DNA from: Candidatus Shapirobacteria bacterium
GTDB lineage: Bacteria; Patescibacteriota; Microgenomatia; PFEM01; JBDRBL01
Length of the DNA stretch: 64,000 nt
Reading direction: 5' to 3'
Assembly (NCBI GenBank): GCA_043822685.1
Contig: JBDRBL010000003.1
Span: forward strand, 4,659 to 68,658
Both the position numbers and the translations under genes were made by a program. Below are positions 43,045 through 53,282 of this stretch, piece after piece; the stretch's first letter is position 1; each line of letters opens with the position of its first letter. The notes below the pieces were generated by a model. That model was given only the letters and a program-made list of their open reading frames with translations, did not search any database and was not told the DNA's origin.

Positions 43045-44604
43045 ATGATCAAAAATTTTTTTGTATTTTTGTTTTGTTTGTTTTTCAGTTCTTCATCTGT
43101 CTTTGCCTCGGAATTACCTAATAACAAATTTGGCATTCATTTGGCAGTGCCGAACAAGGACGATCTAATCGCCGCGGCTAAACTGGTTAATTCCAATGGC
43201 GGCGATTGGGGCTACGTAACTTTGGTAATTCAAGACAATGATTTGGATCAAAATAAGTGGCAGGGAATTTTTGATCACCTGCGTGAGCTGCATGTGATTC
43301 CCTTGATTCGCCTGGCGACTCATCCGGAAAACGAGGGTTGGGCAAGGCCAACGGTTGACCAAGCAGAAAAATGGGCCATTTTTCTGGATTCTTTAAATTG
43401 GGTGGTTAAAAACCGCTACGTGATTTTGTTTAATGAGCCCAATCATGCCACCGAGTGGGGTGGAGAGGTGGATCCGGCAAATTATCAGGCGGTAGCGCAA
43501 GCTTTTATTACGGCTTTAAAAAACAAAAACCCGGACTTTTTTGTCATGCTTGCTGCGTTTGACGCCGCCGCGCCTCATCAGCCGCCGCGCTATGAAAGTG
43601 AAGCCGTTTTTTTGCGTGCTATTAGAGATTTATTTCCCTTAATTGACGGTTGGGCGTCGCATAGTTATCAGGGAGAGGAGTACCTAAAATCACCTCCAAA
43701 TCTTCCTGTCTTTATCACCGAAACCGGGTTTCGGCACGCTGAAGGGATTGGCTACGACCGCAAGCTGCCGACTGCGGCCAAAACAGCCACTCTGACCGTT
43801 AACTTGTTGCAGAAATTGATTCGCGATCCGCATGTAACTGCGGTGACCCCCTTTCTTTTAAATTATCAAGCCGAGCCGTTTGATCATTTTTCCTGGCAAA
43901 AATTTAACTCGAGTGAGTTTTATCCACAATACGGGGCAATACAAGATTTAGCCAAAGTTGCCGGTGAACCACGGCAAGAGCAAAAACTAGTCGTGGAACC
44001 AACTTTATCTCATCGCTTGCTAGCGGATTCGACTTATCAAATTCCGATTAAAATTAAAAATGAAGGTCAGGCAATTTGGTCTAAAGATGAAGGTTATCAA
44101 GTGCAATTGCAATTTCCTGACCAGCCGGAGTGGGAGTATTTTTTTACCGATTTTACCAACTTAAAACCTTTTCAAAGCGAAACTTTGTGGCTACATCTTA
44201 AAACCGAAGGTCAAACTGATCCGGCGACTTTAAAAATCGCTGTTGCCAAAAATGGCGAAACCATCTCCAATTTGGTTGAGTGGCCGGTGGAAGTTTTGCC
44301 GCCGATTAATTTAGAGCTAAAAGTCCCGCGGCTATTCTCTCGTTTTACGGCACCAACTGGCTTTAAACTGGTAATCTATGATTCTCAGGAGCAAGTGGTT
44401 TATGTTAGAGAAAAATTAACGGCGGTTAACGGCCGAATTAGAGTTGAGGGAGTGAATAATTTGACGCTGGATCAGCCATATCGCTTGGTGATGGTCAAAG
44501 ACGGCTACTTGCCCCGCCAGACTTTTTTGACGCCTGACGCGGGTGACAACAGCGTTGTTTTTAAACTAATGCTTTTGGACCTGCAAGCTTTACTTTCACT
44601 ATGA
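43045..44604 (+). CDS. secreted glycoside hydrolase, clan GH-A (GH5-like TIM barrel) with an extra C-terminal domain
   Basis: signal peptide MIKNFFVFLFCLFFSSSSVFA; LFNEPNH (acid/base NEP) and FITETG (nucleophile) motifs. Confidence 0.5.
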   Translation: MIKNFFVFLFCLFFSSSSVFASELPNNKFGIHLAVPNKDDLIAAAKLVNSNGGDWGYVTLVIQDNDLDQNKWQGIFDHLRELHVIPLIRLATHPENEGWARPTVDQAEKWAIFLDSLNWVVKNRYVILFNEPNHATEWGGEVDPANYQAVAQAFITALKNKNPDFFVMLAAFDAAAPHQPPRYESEAVFLRAIRDLFPLIDGWASHSYQGEEYLKSPPNLPVFITETGFRHAEGIGYDRKLPTAAKTATLTVNLLQKLIRDPHVTAVTPFLLNYQAEPFDHFSWQKFNSSEFYPQYGAIQDLAKVAGEPRQEQKLVVEPTLSHRLLADSTYQIPIKIKNEGQAIWSKDEGYQVQLQFPDQPEWEYFFTDFTNLKPFQSETLWLHLKTEGQTDPATLKIAVAKNGETISNLVEWPVEVLPPINLELKVPRLFSRFTAPTGFKLVIYDSQEQVVYVREKLTAVNGRIRVEGVNNLTLDQPYRLVMVKDGYLPRQTFLTPDAGDNSVVFKLMLLDLQALLSL

Positions 44605-44625
44605 TGATACGTATTATCGTAGTGA
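44598..44625. repeat. copy of the palindromic element at the 3-prime end of the GH gene
   Basis: CACTATGATGATACGTATTATCGTAGTG. Confidence 0.45.
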
Positions 44626-44977
44626 AAAAACAGATGACGGTTGAGATACTAACAAATCTTGGCCCGGACGATCCGTATCCGAAGACGGATTATGAGCCTA
44701 CGGCCGCAGAGAGAGATTAGAAAAAGTATGGACGGGTTGTTTGTATTTTTCATATATTTACAAGGTAATCCTTATCCGGGGAAAGGCTTTTCTCTTCAAA
44801 AAGGTCAGGAATTTTTGGAATTAGCCAGATTGCAACCAACTTGGACAGCGGAAAATTTGCGGCCTCTTTGGCAAGAACTTTATGATTTTTTGAAGCCGCA
44901 GACGGGCGTGATAAATCACGCCCCTACACAAGATTAATCAAATTTTTTTGTTTAATTTTTTGTGCTAAACTGGAGAG

Positions 44978-47317
44978 GTGCAAGGATTAAGCGGCCAAGA
45001 AGCTAGGCAAAAACTTCAGCAATTTGGTTTTAATGAATTACAAGCAGTCAGGGGAGTTTCTTTTGGCGAGTTGTTGGTGTCGCAATTTCGCTCGCCCTTG
45101 GTTTACGTTTTGCTCGCCTCGGCTCTAATTACTTTGTACTTAAAAGATTGGACCGATTCCTTGGTGATCTTTATTGCTGTTTTGGCCACGGGATTTTTTG
45201 GCTACTGGCAGGAGAGTCGAGCGCAAAAAGCCCTCGTTGCCTTGCGAAAAACAATTGTTTCTCAAGCTAAAGTGATACGCGAAGGCAAGCAAAGATTCAT
45301 TCCTGTCCGCGAGTTGGTTCCCGGCGACGTGGTGATTTTAACTATTGGTGATCAGGTTCCCGCCGACGGGGTTTTGTTTGAATCAACTGACCTTTTAATT
45401 AACGAAGCCATTCTAACCGGCGAGTCGCTGCCGGTGAAAAAGAAAACCGGCGAGACCGCTTTTATGGGAACGATTATCAGTCATGGGATTGCCCGCATGA
45501 AGGTTTCAATTACTGGTCGTCAAACCAAAATGGGGCGAATTGGCCAATTGGTGAGCCAGATTGATGACCAGAAAACACCTCTGCAGCTTCAATTGTCTCG
45601 ATTGGTGGGCCAAATAAGCTTGATTTCTTTAGCGGTGGGTGGAGTAATTTTTGTCTTAAGTGGCAATTTCCCTTTGGCAGTAGCCGTGGTCGTGGCGGCA
45701 ATTCCCGAGGGCTTGGTGGTGTCATTGACAATTATTTTAGCTTTGGGCATGAAGCGTTTGTTTAAACGCAAGGCCTTGGTGCGGCGTTTTATTGGCGCCG
45801 AGACGTTGGGGTCGATCTCAACTTTGTGTTTGGATAAAACAGGTACGCTTACCGAGGGAAAAATGAGCGTGGTTGATTTTTTAACTGACGATAAAGAGTT
45901 GTTGGTTAAGGCGGCGCTATGGTGTAACGATATGCGCGATCCCCTCGAGATCGCTATGACGGAATGGGGGAAGAAAGAAGCAAAGAGCAAAGAGCAAATG
46001 GCAAATAGCCAGAGATTGGATGAGATCCCGTTTTCTCCGCAGGCAAAATTGATTGCTACCCTGCACCAGGGCGGCTTGCTTTTAGTTTCCGGCGCGCCGG
46101 AGGCAATTTTGGCTAAATGTTCTCATCCACCTAATTTGGACAAGCAATTCGAAATTTTTGCCCAACAAGGTTTACGTCTTGTTGGTTTTGCCTCAAAGCA
46201 GGTTAGCAATAAGCAATTAGCAATTAGCAATTCTGATCTTAGTGATCTTTCCTGGCTCGGAATTCTCGTTTTTGAGGATCCGATCCGAGAGGGCGTGGCT
46301 CAGATGATCCAACAATGCTATCAAGCGGGTTTAAAAATCAAAGTGATTACCGGTGATTATCCGGAAACGGCCAAGGCGATTATTAATAAATTAAAAATTG
46401 TCGGAGATGGTGTGATTACCGGTGAGGAGTTGAAAGAACTTTCTTTTGAGGAGTTAAAGGAGGTGATCGATCAGATTGTTCTGTTTGCCCGGACGGCTCC
46501 GGATCAAAAATTAAAAATTGTTCAGGCTCTGAAAGCCAAGGGTGAAGTGGTGGGGATGATGGGAGATGGCGTGAATGATGCCCCGGCGCTGGCCGCGGCC
46601 GATGTTGGCATCGTGATGGATAATGCGGTTGATGTGGCCAAACAAACCGCGCAACTGGTTTTGCTTGATTCCAATTTTGCCACCATTTTGGCGGCGATTG
46701 AAGGCGGCCGGAGTATTTTTGACAATATTCGCAAGACGGTTATTTATTTGCTTTCGGATAGCTTGATCGAGGTTACTTTTGTAGTGGGGGCGCTTTTGCT
46801 GGGCTTTCCGGCGCCTTTAGCGGCCGCGCAAATTATCTGGCTCAATCTGGTGGAGGATATTTTGCCCGGAATTGCCTTGGCTTTTGAACAAGGGGAGGCG
46901 GGTATTCTGTTGCGATCACCCCGTTTGCCGGGTACGGGGATTTTTACTTCTCGTTTTCGTTTTTTCACTTTGGCAATAGTTGTTGTTACCAACTTGCTTT
47001 TATGGCTAGTTCTTGTCTTTGGAGCTAGTCAAACTTTTATCTTTGCGGCGACCGGTTTACACTCGCTTCTGGCGGTTTTTGTTTTGCGTTCTTTTCACCG
47101 GCCTTTTTGGCGAAGTAAAATTTTTGCCAATCGGGCAATAAATTTGGCGGTGGGGATGGGGTTGTTTTTGCTCGTGCTGGCCATTTATTGGCCGCCCTTA
47201 CAGTTTTTACTTAAAACTCAGCCTTTGACCGCTTTTCAATGGCTGGCGCTTTTGGTGCTAGGCTTGATTAATTTGTTTTCACTTGAAGGGGTCAAAAAAT
47301 TGGCAAGGCTGGTATAA
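44978..47317 (+). CDS. P-type cation-transporting ATPase (type II/III-like)
   Basis: DKTGTLT phosphorylation motif, GDGVNDAPAL, PEGL in TM4; contains two heptamer-repeat inserts. Confidence 0.8.
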   Translation: MQGLSGQEARQKLQQFGFNELQAVRGVSFGELLVSQFRSPLVYVLLASALITLYLKDWTDSLVIFIAVLATGFFGYWQESRAQKALVALRKTIVSQAKVIREGKQRFIPVRELVPGDVVILTIGDQVPADGVLFESTDLLINEAILTGESLPVKKKTGETAFMGTIISHGIARMKVSITGRQTKMGRIGQLVSQIDDQKTPLQLQLSRLVGQISLISLAVGGVIFVLSGNFPLAVAVVVAAIPEGLVVSLTIILALGMKRLFKRKALVRRFIGAETLGSISTLCLDKTGTLTEGKMSVVDFLTDDKELLVKAALWCNDMRDPLEIAMTEWGKKEAKSKEQMANSQRLDEIPFSPQAKLIATLHQGGLLLVSGAPEAILAKCSHPPNLDKQFEIFAQQGLRLVGFASKQVSNKQLAISNSDLSDLSWLGILVFEDPIREGVAQMIQQCYQAGLKIKVITGDYPETAKAIINKLKIVGDGVITGEELKELSFEELKEVIDQIVLFARTAPDQKLKIVQALKAKGEVVGMMGDGVNDAPALAAADVGIVMDNAVDVAKQTAQLVLLDSNFATILAAIEGGRSIFDNIRKTVIYLLSDSLIEVTFVVGALLLGFPAPLAAAQIIWLNLVEDILPGIALAFEQGEAGILLRSPRLPGTGIFTSRFRFFTLAIVVVTNLLLWLVLVFGASQTFIFAATGLHSLLAVFVLRSFHRPFWRSKIFANRAINLAVGMGLFLLVLAIYWPPLQFLLKTQPLTAFQWLALLVLGLINLFSLEGVKKLARLV
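45980..46007. repeat. heptamer repeat (GCAAAGA x2, GCAAATG, GCAAATA) inside the P-type ATPase CDS
   Basis: read directly; encodes AKSKEQMANSQ. Confidence 0.5.
46203..46230. repeat. heptamer repeat (TTAGCAA TAAGCAA TTAGCAA TTAGCAA) inside the P-type ATPase CDS
   Basis: read directly; encodes VSNKQLAISNS. Confidence 0.55.
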
Positions 47318-47331
47318 TAAAATAGGGTTAA

Positions 47332-47844
47332 ATGATTTTAATTGTCGGTCTCGGCAATCCGGGCGAGCGGTATCAACATACCCGACATAATTTGGGGTTT
47401 GGAGTTGTTGACGAATTAATTAAAAATTATCCTTCCGTTGGAAAACAATTTATTTTTCTAAAACCACAAACTTTTGTGAATGCTTCCGGTTTTGCAGTTG
47501 CCAAAGCGGCCAATTTTTACAAAATTGCCCCCAAAGACATTTGGGTAATTCACGACGAGGTGGATCTGCCGCCGGGTAAAATTAAGATTCGTTTAGGCGG
47601 CGGGTCGGCTGGTCATCGGGGAGTGAGTTCGATTATCGAGAAACTGGGAACGGAGCGTTTTGTTCGTTTTCGCTTGGGAATTGGTCACCCCAAAGAATTG
47701 GACGACAAGCATTTATCAGTCGAAAAATATGTTTTGCAAAGTGACGCGCGTTTGACTAAAAAACTAATCAAAAAAGCCACCCAAGCAGTGATTTTTGCCT
47801 TGGAAAAAGGTCTGGAAAAAGCCATGAATCGTTTTAATTCCTGA
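47332..47844 (+). CDS. pth: peptidyl-tRNA hydrolase
   Basis: LIVGLGNPG...RHNLGF N-terminal signature. Confidence 0.85.
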   Translation: MILIVGLGNPGERYQHTRHNLGFGVVDELIKNYPSVGKQFIFLKPQTFVNASGFAVAKAANFYKIAPKDIWVIHDEVDLPPGKIKIRLGGGSAGHRGVSSIIEKLGTERFVRFRLGIGHPKELDDKHLSVEKYVLQSDARLTKKLIKKATQAVIFALEKGLEKAMNRFNS

Positions 47845-48107
47845 TGCAATCACTCAAGGATCTACTCAAACATCATCATAATGACGCCAACAAATATGTG
47901 AGCCGGGAGTTTCAAGACTACGGCTATCGATTGGCGGTGGAGCTAGACGATTTGGCACATAAATCACTTTATATTAAACTAGCCAAAACTTTGCCCCGCG
48001 CGATTTTGGAACAAGCCCGCTCTTTTGTCAAAGACGCCAATGCCCGATCAAGGGGGAAGTTATTTATGTGGAAAGTGGGGGAGTTATCTCACGCCCGTTC
48101 GACGTAG
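47844..48107 (+). CDS. hypothetical small protein
   Basis: ORF track only; overlaps the efp 3-prime end by 19 nt. Confidence 0.3.
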   Translation: MQSLKDLLKHHHNDANKYVSREFQDYGYRLAVELDDLAHKSLYIKLAKTLPRAILEQARSFVKDANARSRGKLFMWKVGELSHARST

Positions 48108-48652
48108 TTGCCGTTAGCAACATTGATGACAATTATTTCGCCTTCTTTGATAAATAAGGGCACTTGGAGTTTGTAGCCGGTTTCCACTTCAGCCTCTTTG
48201 GTGGCGCCGGTGACGGTGTTGCCCCGCACGCCCGGATCGGTGCGAGTAACTTTAAGACGGACTTTGAGAGGCGGGCGCATGGAGACAGCCTGATCATTCA
48301 GGGTAAAAATTTGATAAATATCGCCTTCTTTCATCAATTCGGCAAAATTAGCGACAATTTCTTTGTTTAAGCGATATTGTTCGTAGTTGCGTGGGTTCAT
48401 TAAGACCAATTCCTCGCCTTCGGGATAAAGATATTGCATTTCCACCGTTTCCACCAGCGCTTCTTCTACCATTTCATTGGACTTAAAAGTAAATTCCAAA
48501 ACTGCGCCAGTGGCTAAATTTTTAAGCTTGGTACGATAAAAAGCCGAGCCCTTGCCCGGCGAGACAAAAAATTTATCGGTAATCAGATGCGGTGAATCGC
48601 GAAAAACCAAACACTCGCCTTTTTTGAGATCAGCAATCCCCGTCTTGGCCAT
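48089..48652 (-). CDS. efp: elongation factor P
   Basis: N-terminal KKGECLVFRDSPHLITDKFFVSPGKGSAFYRTKLKNL with the conserved modified Lys loop. Confidence 0.85.
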   Translation of the reverse strand: MAKTGIADLKKGECLVFRDSPHLITDKFFVSPGKGSAFYRTKLKNLATGAVLEFTFKSNEMVEEALVETVEMQYLYPEGEELVLMNPRNYEQYRLNKEIVANFAELMKEGDIYQIFTLNDQAVSMRPPLKVRLKVTRTDPGVRGNTVTGATKEAEVETGYKLQVPLFIKEGEIIVINVANGNYVERA

Positions 48653-48694
48653 GAGGGGTATTTTACCCGATGGTTAAGCGTATGGCAATATGCC

Positions 48695-49651
48695 CTACAA
48701 AGAAGATAGTGTTATTTGGTGAATGTCTTTGGTGCCAGTGAGGGCCATAACTAGGCGATCAACACCGAGAGCCATGCCGGCGGTAGGGGGTAGACCACGT
48801 TTGAGAGCGGCAATAAATTTGCGATCATAATCGAAAACTTTCATCCCGCGTTTTTTTCTTTCTTGTATATCAATTTGGAATCTTTTTTTTTGTTCTTGGG
48901 CATCGGTTAACTCGGTATAGCCGTTGGCAATTTCCAAACCCTTTAGATGAAACTCAACTCTTTCGGCCCAGTGAGGCGGTTCTTTTTTAGTTTGCGCCAA
49001 CTCGGCCAAAAGGGGTGGATAATCAAGCAGAAAAAAGGCCGGTAAAGTGCAAAGCTTCGGTTCGACTTCGTTTAGAAAAATCTGGTGATAGAGCTGCTCC
49101 CAAGTGGTTACTTTTTCTACTCGATAACCTTTTTTCTGGGCGATTTGGCGGGCTTTGTTAATGTCAAGAAATTCGATTAAATTAACACCGGCGTAACGCT
49201 GAAAAACTTCCTGGCAGGTTAGTTGAGGATAGGGCGGCGAGGGTGATTTTAGGGCTGTTTTTTGGCTAATAAGAGCAACTAAATTTTGACAATCGGCGAT
49301 TAAATCTGAATAGTTAGCGCCATCACGATACCATTCCAAAATTGTAAATTCGCGTAAATGCAAACAATCGTTTTCTTCGTTTTCGCGAAAAGATTTAGTG
49401 ATCTGATAAATATTTCTGGCGCCCTCACTAATGAGTTTTTTAAGGTAAATTTCCGGAGAGGGGGAGAGATAATATGTCTCTTGGCCAGATTTAACTTCAA
49501 AGACTTCATGATACAAACTGGGATCCGGATGTTTGACCAACAACGGCGTGTCCGCTTCCGAAAAACCCTTTTGGGTAAAAAATTCCCGAATGGCGGCAAA
49601 AATCTGGGCTTTGAGTTGGAAATCCATCGGTAAAAGTTGACTTGTCGACAA
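48695..49651 (-). CDS. epmA: EF-P beta-lysine ligase EpmA (truncated LysRS class II paralog)
   Basis: class II aaRS core motifs; about 318 aa; adjacent to efp. Confidence 0.7.
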   Translation of the reverse strand: MSTSQLLPMDFQLKAQIFAAIREFFTQKGFSEADTPLLVKHPDPSLYHEVFEVKSGQETYYLSPSPEIYLKKLISEGARNIYQITKSFRENEENDCLHLREFTILEWYRDGANYSDLIADCQNLVALISQKTALKSPSPPYPQLTCQEVFQRYAGVNLIEFLDINKARQIAQKKGYRVEKVTTWEQLYHQIFLNEVEPKLCTLPAFFLLDYPPLLAELAQTKKEPPHWAERVEFHLKGLEIANGYTELTDAQEQKKRFQIDIQERKKRGMKVFDYDRKFIAALKRGLPPTAGMALGVDRLVMALTGTKDIHQITLSSL

Positions 49652-50061
49652 ATTATACTACAATAAGTAGTATTATGGAAACAAGAATTTTGAGTACCTT
49701 GGAGCAGAAGGTGATGTCTTTGATTTGGGATTGCACGCCCTGTTCGATTAAGGAAATCAAGAGCCGGCTGGACAAAAAAAAGAAGCTGGCGTATACCACA
49801 GTGGCCACGTTAGTTCAGCGTCTTGAGAACAAGGGGATGCTAAAGCGAGTTGCTGATGCCTCTTCGGGGAGTTGTTTTAGATATGCTCCCAAAATGAGTC
49901 GAGAGGCCTACTCGTCGCTGGTGGCTCAATCGTTTATTAGCAACTTTCAACACTCGTTTGGCGACTTGGCGATCGCTTCATTTGCTAACTCCATCAATTC
50001 TCTTAAGAAAGCCAAGCGGGAATATTTCTTAAAGCTTCTCTCAAAGCATGCTAAAAAATAA
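49642..50061 (+). CDS. BlaI/MecI/CopY family transcriptional repressor
   Basis: winged-helix N-terminus EQKVMSLIW...SIKEIKSRL...AYTTVATLVQRLENKGMLKR; possible alternative start at 49675. Confidence 0.7.
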   Translation: MSTNYTTISSIMETRILSTLEQKVMSLIWDCTPCSIKEIKSRLDKKKKLAYTTVATLVQRLENKGMLKRVADASSGSCFRYAPKMSREAYSSLVAQSFISNFQHSFGDLAIASFANSINSLKKAKREYFLKLLSKHAKK

Positions 50062-51010
50062 ACCGCTGGTTCTTTTGTTTTTGTTTTTGCTTTTTGTCAG
50101 TCTGCTTTTGGGATTTATTTTTGCTAAATATTTTCCCTTTTTGTTTCGTGTGCCGGTGTACTACTGTCAACACCGGCTGTGTTCCACTCTGATTAAGATC
50201 TCCAGTTTTTTGGGAACGACTCTTTTTAGGCTTCTGGTAATCACTCTTCTGATCACTTTGACCAAGACATTTCTGGATTTTTGGCGTGTTGCCGCCCTAC
50301 GTCGTCATCTGACTCCGTTGGCGCTAAGCACCAAATCAAAAAAAATCATGCACGAGCTCAAGTTGGATAAACAAGTAATGATGGTTAAACATGTCGCCCC
50401 TTTTGTTTTTTGTCTGGGCTTTTTCCGTACCAAGATTATCATCTCCGATACTTTTTTAAAACTGCTTACTCCTCGACAATTAAAAGCGGTTTTGTATCAC
50501 GAAAAATATCATCAAGATCATTTTGATGCTTTGATTATGTATCTTGGCCGTTTTTGGCAATCGCTTTTGCCCTTTTTCCCCCTATTAAAAGACCAGTTAA
50601 ACCATTTATCTTTAGACCGGGAAATTAACGCCGATCATCAAGCGATGGTAAAATTGGGGAGCAATCGGCCGCTCGTTTCTACCTTAAAAAAGTTATTGGC
50701 TTACGAGGTTATACCGGCTTATCGAACCTTTCCCTCGTTTTTGGATTCGGAGAAAAATTTGGAGATGCGGATTAAGGCTCTTCTGCATCAAAGTTTCGCC
50801 TCGTCTTCCTTTTCTCGAAAAAATGCGACCTTGAGTTTGATCGTTTTGGTTATTCTTTTAAGTCTACTTTTTCTGCCGCTTAATACGGTCAATATTAATG
50901 CGGCTGGTACCAAAGAGGTGGTGGCCTGTCTGAATGATGAGTCTTGTATCCAAGCATGTCGGCAAGAGGAACATGAGGACGGGGCGCTTTTTGACCAGCT
51001 TCACCCTTGA
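50048..51010 (+). CDS. M56 family (BlaR1/MecR1-like) membrane metallopeptidase, sensor/anti-repressor
   Basis: HEKYH HExxH zinc motif in a TM context; overlaps the repressor gene. Confidence 0.65.
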   Translation: MLKNKPLVLLFLFLLFVSLLLGFIFAKYFPFLFRVPVYYCQHRLCSTLIKISSFLGTTLFRLLVITLLITLTKTFLDFWRVAALRRHLTPLALSTKSKKIMHELKLDKQVMMVKHVAPFVFCLGFFRTKIIISDTFLKLLTPRQLKAVLYHEKYHQDHFDALIMYLGRFWQSLLPFFPLLKDQLNHLSLDREINADHQAMVKLGSNRPLVSTLKKLLAYEVIPAYRTFPSFLDSEKNLEMRIKALLHQSFASSSFSRKNATLSLIVLVILLSLLFLPLNTVNINAAGTKEVVACLNDESCIQACRQEEHEDGALFDQLHP

Positions 51011-51049
51011 CATCCAATCGATTAACTACTACACTTCGTAGTAACCTTT

Positions 51050-51547
51050 ATGAAAAAGTTTGTTGTTGGAGTGATTGTTTTTAGCTTGGTGATTGTTGCT
51101 TTGGGGGTATATCTGCTTTCCCGAGCGCCCGCGAGAGTGGCTCTTTTTCCGGAAAATGAGGCAAGGATTGGCCTTGAAAGCCGACGATATGACTTTGGAT
51201 CGGTAAGGCTAAATTCCGGTTTGATTGTTCATCGTTATGTGATTAGAAATCTGGGTAAGATTGATTTAAAAATTGCCAATCTAGCCAGTTCTTGTGCCTG
51301 TATCAAAGTGTATTTTAAGTCAGCCAATCAGGAAAGTCCGCGCGCCGGCATGAAAGGCATGACCAAAATAAGCGAGTGGATTGGTGTTTTGCAACCGGAA
51401 GAGAGCGGCGAGGTGATTATTGAATTTGATCCCAACTTTCACGGTCCTCAAGGAGTGGGGAAGATCACCCGCGCTGTCAGTTTTGAAACTAACGATCCGC
51501 AAAATCGGTACGTTGAATTAAGTTTTAATGGAGAAGTGACCAAATAA
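51050..51547 (+). CDS. membrane-anchored DUF1573-like beta-sandwich protein
   Basis: N-terminal TM; YDFGSV...HRYVIRNLGKIDLKI pattern of DUF1573. Confidence 0.4.
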   Translation: MKKFVVGVIVFSLVIVALGVYLLSRAPARVALFPENEARIGLESRRYDFGSVRLNSGLIVHRYVIRNLGKIDLKIANLASSCACIKVYFKSANQESPRAGMKGMTKISEWIGVLQPEESGEVIIEFDPNFHGPQGVGKITRAVSFETNDPQNRYVELSFNGEVTK

Positions 51548-51550
51548 AAT

Positions 51551-52396
51551 ATGGGAGAGATACTTTTTCAAACTTCTTTGATCGCCGCTTTCGTTGCCGG
51601 CATGGTGGCTCTTTTTGCTCCTTGTTGTATCACCTTTTTACTGCCAGCTTATTTAGGCAGCGTCTTTAAAGAAAAAGAAAAAGTTTTAGTGATGACTTTA
51701 GTTTTTGGGGCCGGTATTTTTGTGGTTCTTCTGCCGGCAGTAGTGGGAGTGGCCTTTATTTCTCAAGCGCTCTTTCGATACCACAATCTGGTCTATTATC
51801 TGAGCGGAAGTATGATGCTCCTTGTTTCCCTGGTAACGCTTGTGGGTATCAAATTGCCCCTGCCTTATTTTTCGCGCCAAGCCTCGGCTCAAAAAACCGA
51901 CGTTGGCTCAATTTTTATGCTGGGGATGTTTTCCGGTATTACCAGCGCTTGTTGTGCTCCGGTTTTAATTGGGATACTTACTCTGACTTTTTTGTCGCCG
52001 AGTTTTTTGGGGGCGTTGGCGGTAGGGGGTATGTATGTTTTGGGCATGGTAACCCCTTTATTGTTGATCTCTTTATTTTTGGACAACAAAGTACCCAACA
52101 TGGCGATATTGCGTCGGCCAATAATTGCTTTTAAAATTGGAAAAAAGTCTTTTTTTGTCAGTCTAAGCAATCTTGTTGGTGCGGTGATTTTTTTTGTAAC
52201 GGGATTCTTTACTCTTATTTTTACTTACACCGGTATTTTGACGGAAAAGAGTATGGAAAAATTTACCCAAATAATTGGCCGGGCAGCGGTTGCGGCCGAC
52301 GGTTATCTTGGCAATAATCTCGTTCTCAACGGTCTATTCTTTTTCGGAGTGATTCTTTTTATTTACTGGATTATCAGAAAGGCAAAAAAAGAATGA
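51551..52396 (+). CDS. CcdA/DsbD-family membrane thiol-disulfide transporter-like protein
   Basis: polytopic; FAPCCITFLLP cysteine pair in TM1 and a second Cys pair TSACCAPV. Confidence 0.5.
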   Translation: MGEILFQTSLIAAFVAGMVALFAPCCITFLLPAYLGSVFKEKEKVLVMTLVFGAGIFVVLLPAVVGVAFISQALFRYHNLVYYLSGSMMLLVSLVTLVGIKLPLPYFSRQASAQKTDVGSIFMLGMFSGITSACCAPVLIGILTLTFLSPSFLGALAVGGMYVLGMVTPLLLISLFLDNKVPNMAILRRPIIAFKIGKKSFFVSLSNLVGAVIFFVTGFFTLIFTYTGILTEKSMEKFTQIIGRAAVAADGYLGNNLVLNGLFFFGVILFIYWIIRKAKKE

Positions 52397-52484
52397 CCAA
52401 GGCAATTGCTAAGAAACTCCCTCTTGACAAGATTTTGTCACCGTACTACACTCTGTAGTATTATAAAAAGTAACCGGTGACCAA

Positions 52485-53282
52485 ATGCTAACTAAGACAG
52501 AGTTTAATCAAAGAAATCAGTTAGAAAAAAAGACAACTCAAGTTTTTGAGAAAACTCAACCTCCTAAAGATTATTTGAGGGTTGTTTTGATTGCTCTTTT
52601 GGTTATTGCTTCTTTTCTTTTGGGAAAGATGTCTACAGGACCGGAACAAAAGACGGTGGCCAATCTGCCTGCTGCTAATAATCTGCCTGTTGCTACTCCC
52701 CAGCCGACGATTGATCCCAGTAAAGTTGATAAACTGGCGGTGACTGATCACCTGCGGGGTGACAAGAATGCCCGATTTCAGTTAATTGTTTATTCTGATT
52801 TAGAATGTCCCTTTAGTAAGAAATTTCAGACGACGATTAAGCAGGCGAGTGATCAGTACAAAAATCAGGTTGCGGTTGTTTATCGGCACTTTCCTTTGGA
52901 TCAGATTCACTCCAAAACTCGAAAAGAGGCTCAAGCAACCGAGTGCGCGGCCAAGTTGGCCGGTAATGAGGGTTTTTGGCGATTGACCGATAAAATCTAC
53001 GAGACGACAAACTCCAATAACAGTTTGGATTTAACGACCTTGCCGACTTTGGCAGTCCAAGTTGGTCTGGACAAAGTTGCTTTTCAAAGTTGCTTAGACA
53101 GTGACAGTGTGGCTCAAACGGTTGAGGCTCAATATCAAAGCGGGGTTAGGGCGGGGGTAAGTGGCACTCCGGGGAGTTTCTTGGTTGATAGCCGAACCGG
53201 AACGGTAAAGTTTATCTCTGGCGCCCAACCCCTTGAACAGTTAAAATCATTAATTGATAGCGCTCTAAGTCAACAACAATGA
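52485..53282 (+). CDS. DsbA-like thioredoxin-domain protein (CxxS variant), membrane-anchored
   Basis: LECPFSKKF thioredoxin active-site region, N-terminal TM. Confidence 0.55.
   Translation: MLTKTEFNQRNQLEKKTTQVFEKTQPPKDYLRVVLIALLVIASFLLGKMSTGPEQKTVANLPAANNLPVATPQPTIDPSKVDKLAVTDHLRGDKNARFQLIVYSDLECPFSKKFQTTIKQASDQYKNQVAVVYRHFPLDQIHSKTRKEAQATECAAKLAGNEGFWRLTDKIYETTNSNNSLDLTTLPTLAVQVGLDKVAFQSCLDSDSVAQTVEAQYQSGVRAGVSGTPGSFLVDSRTGTVKFISGAQPLEQLKSLIDSALSQQQ

Noticed and set aside
45510-45990. Antisense ORFs inside the P-type ATPase, copA, ftsH, PBPs and similar (e.g. 45589-45990, 56099-56407, 33480-33842)
   Set aside because: They lie opposite strongly supported conserved genes and have biased low-complexity composition, which are typical antisense artefacts.
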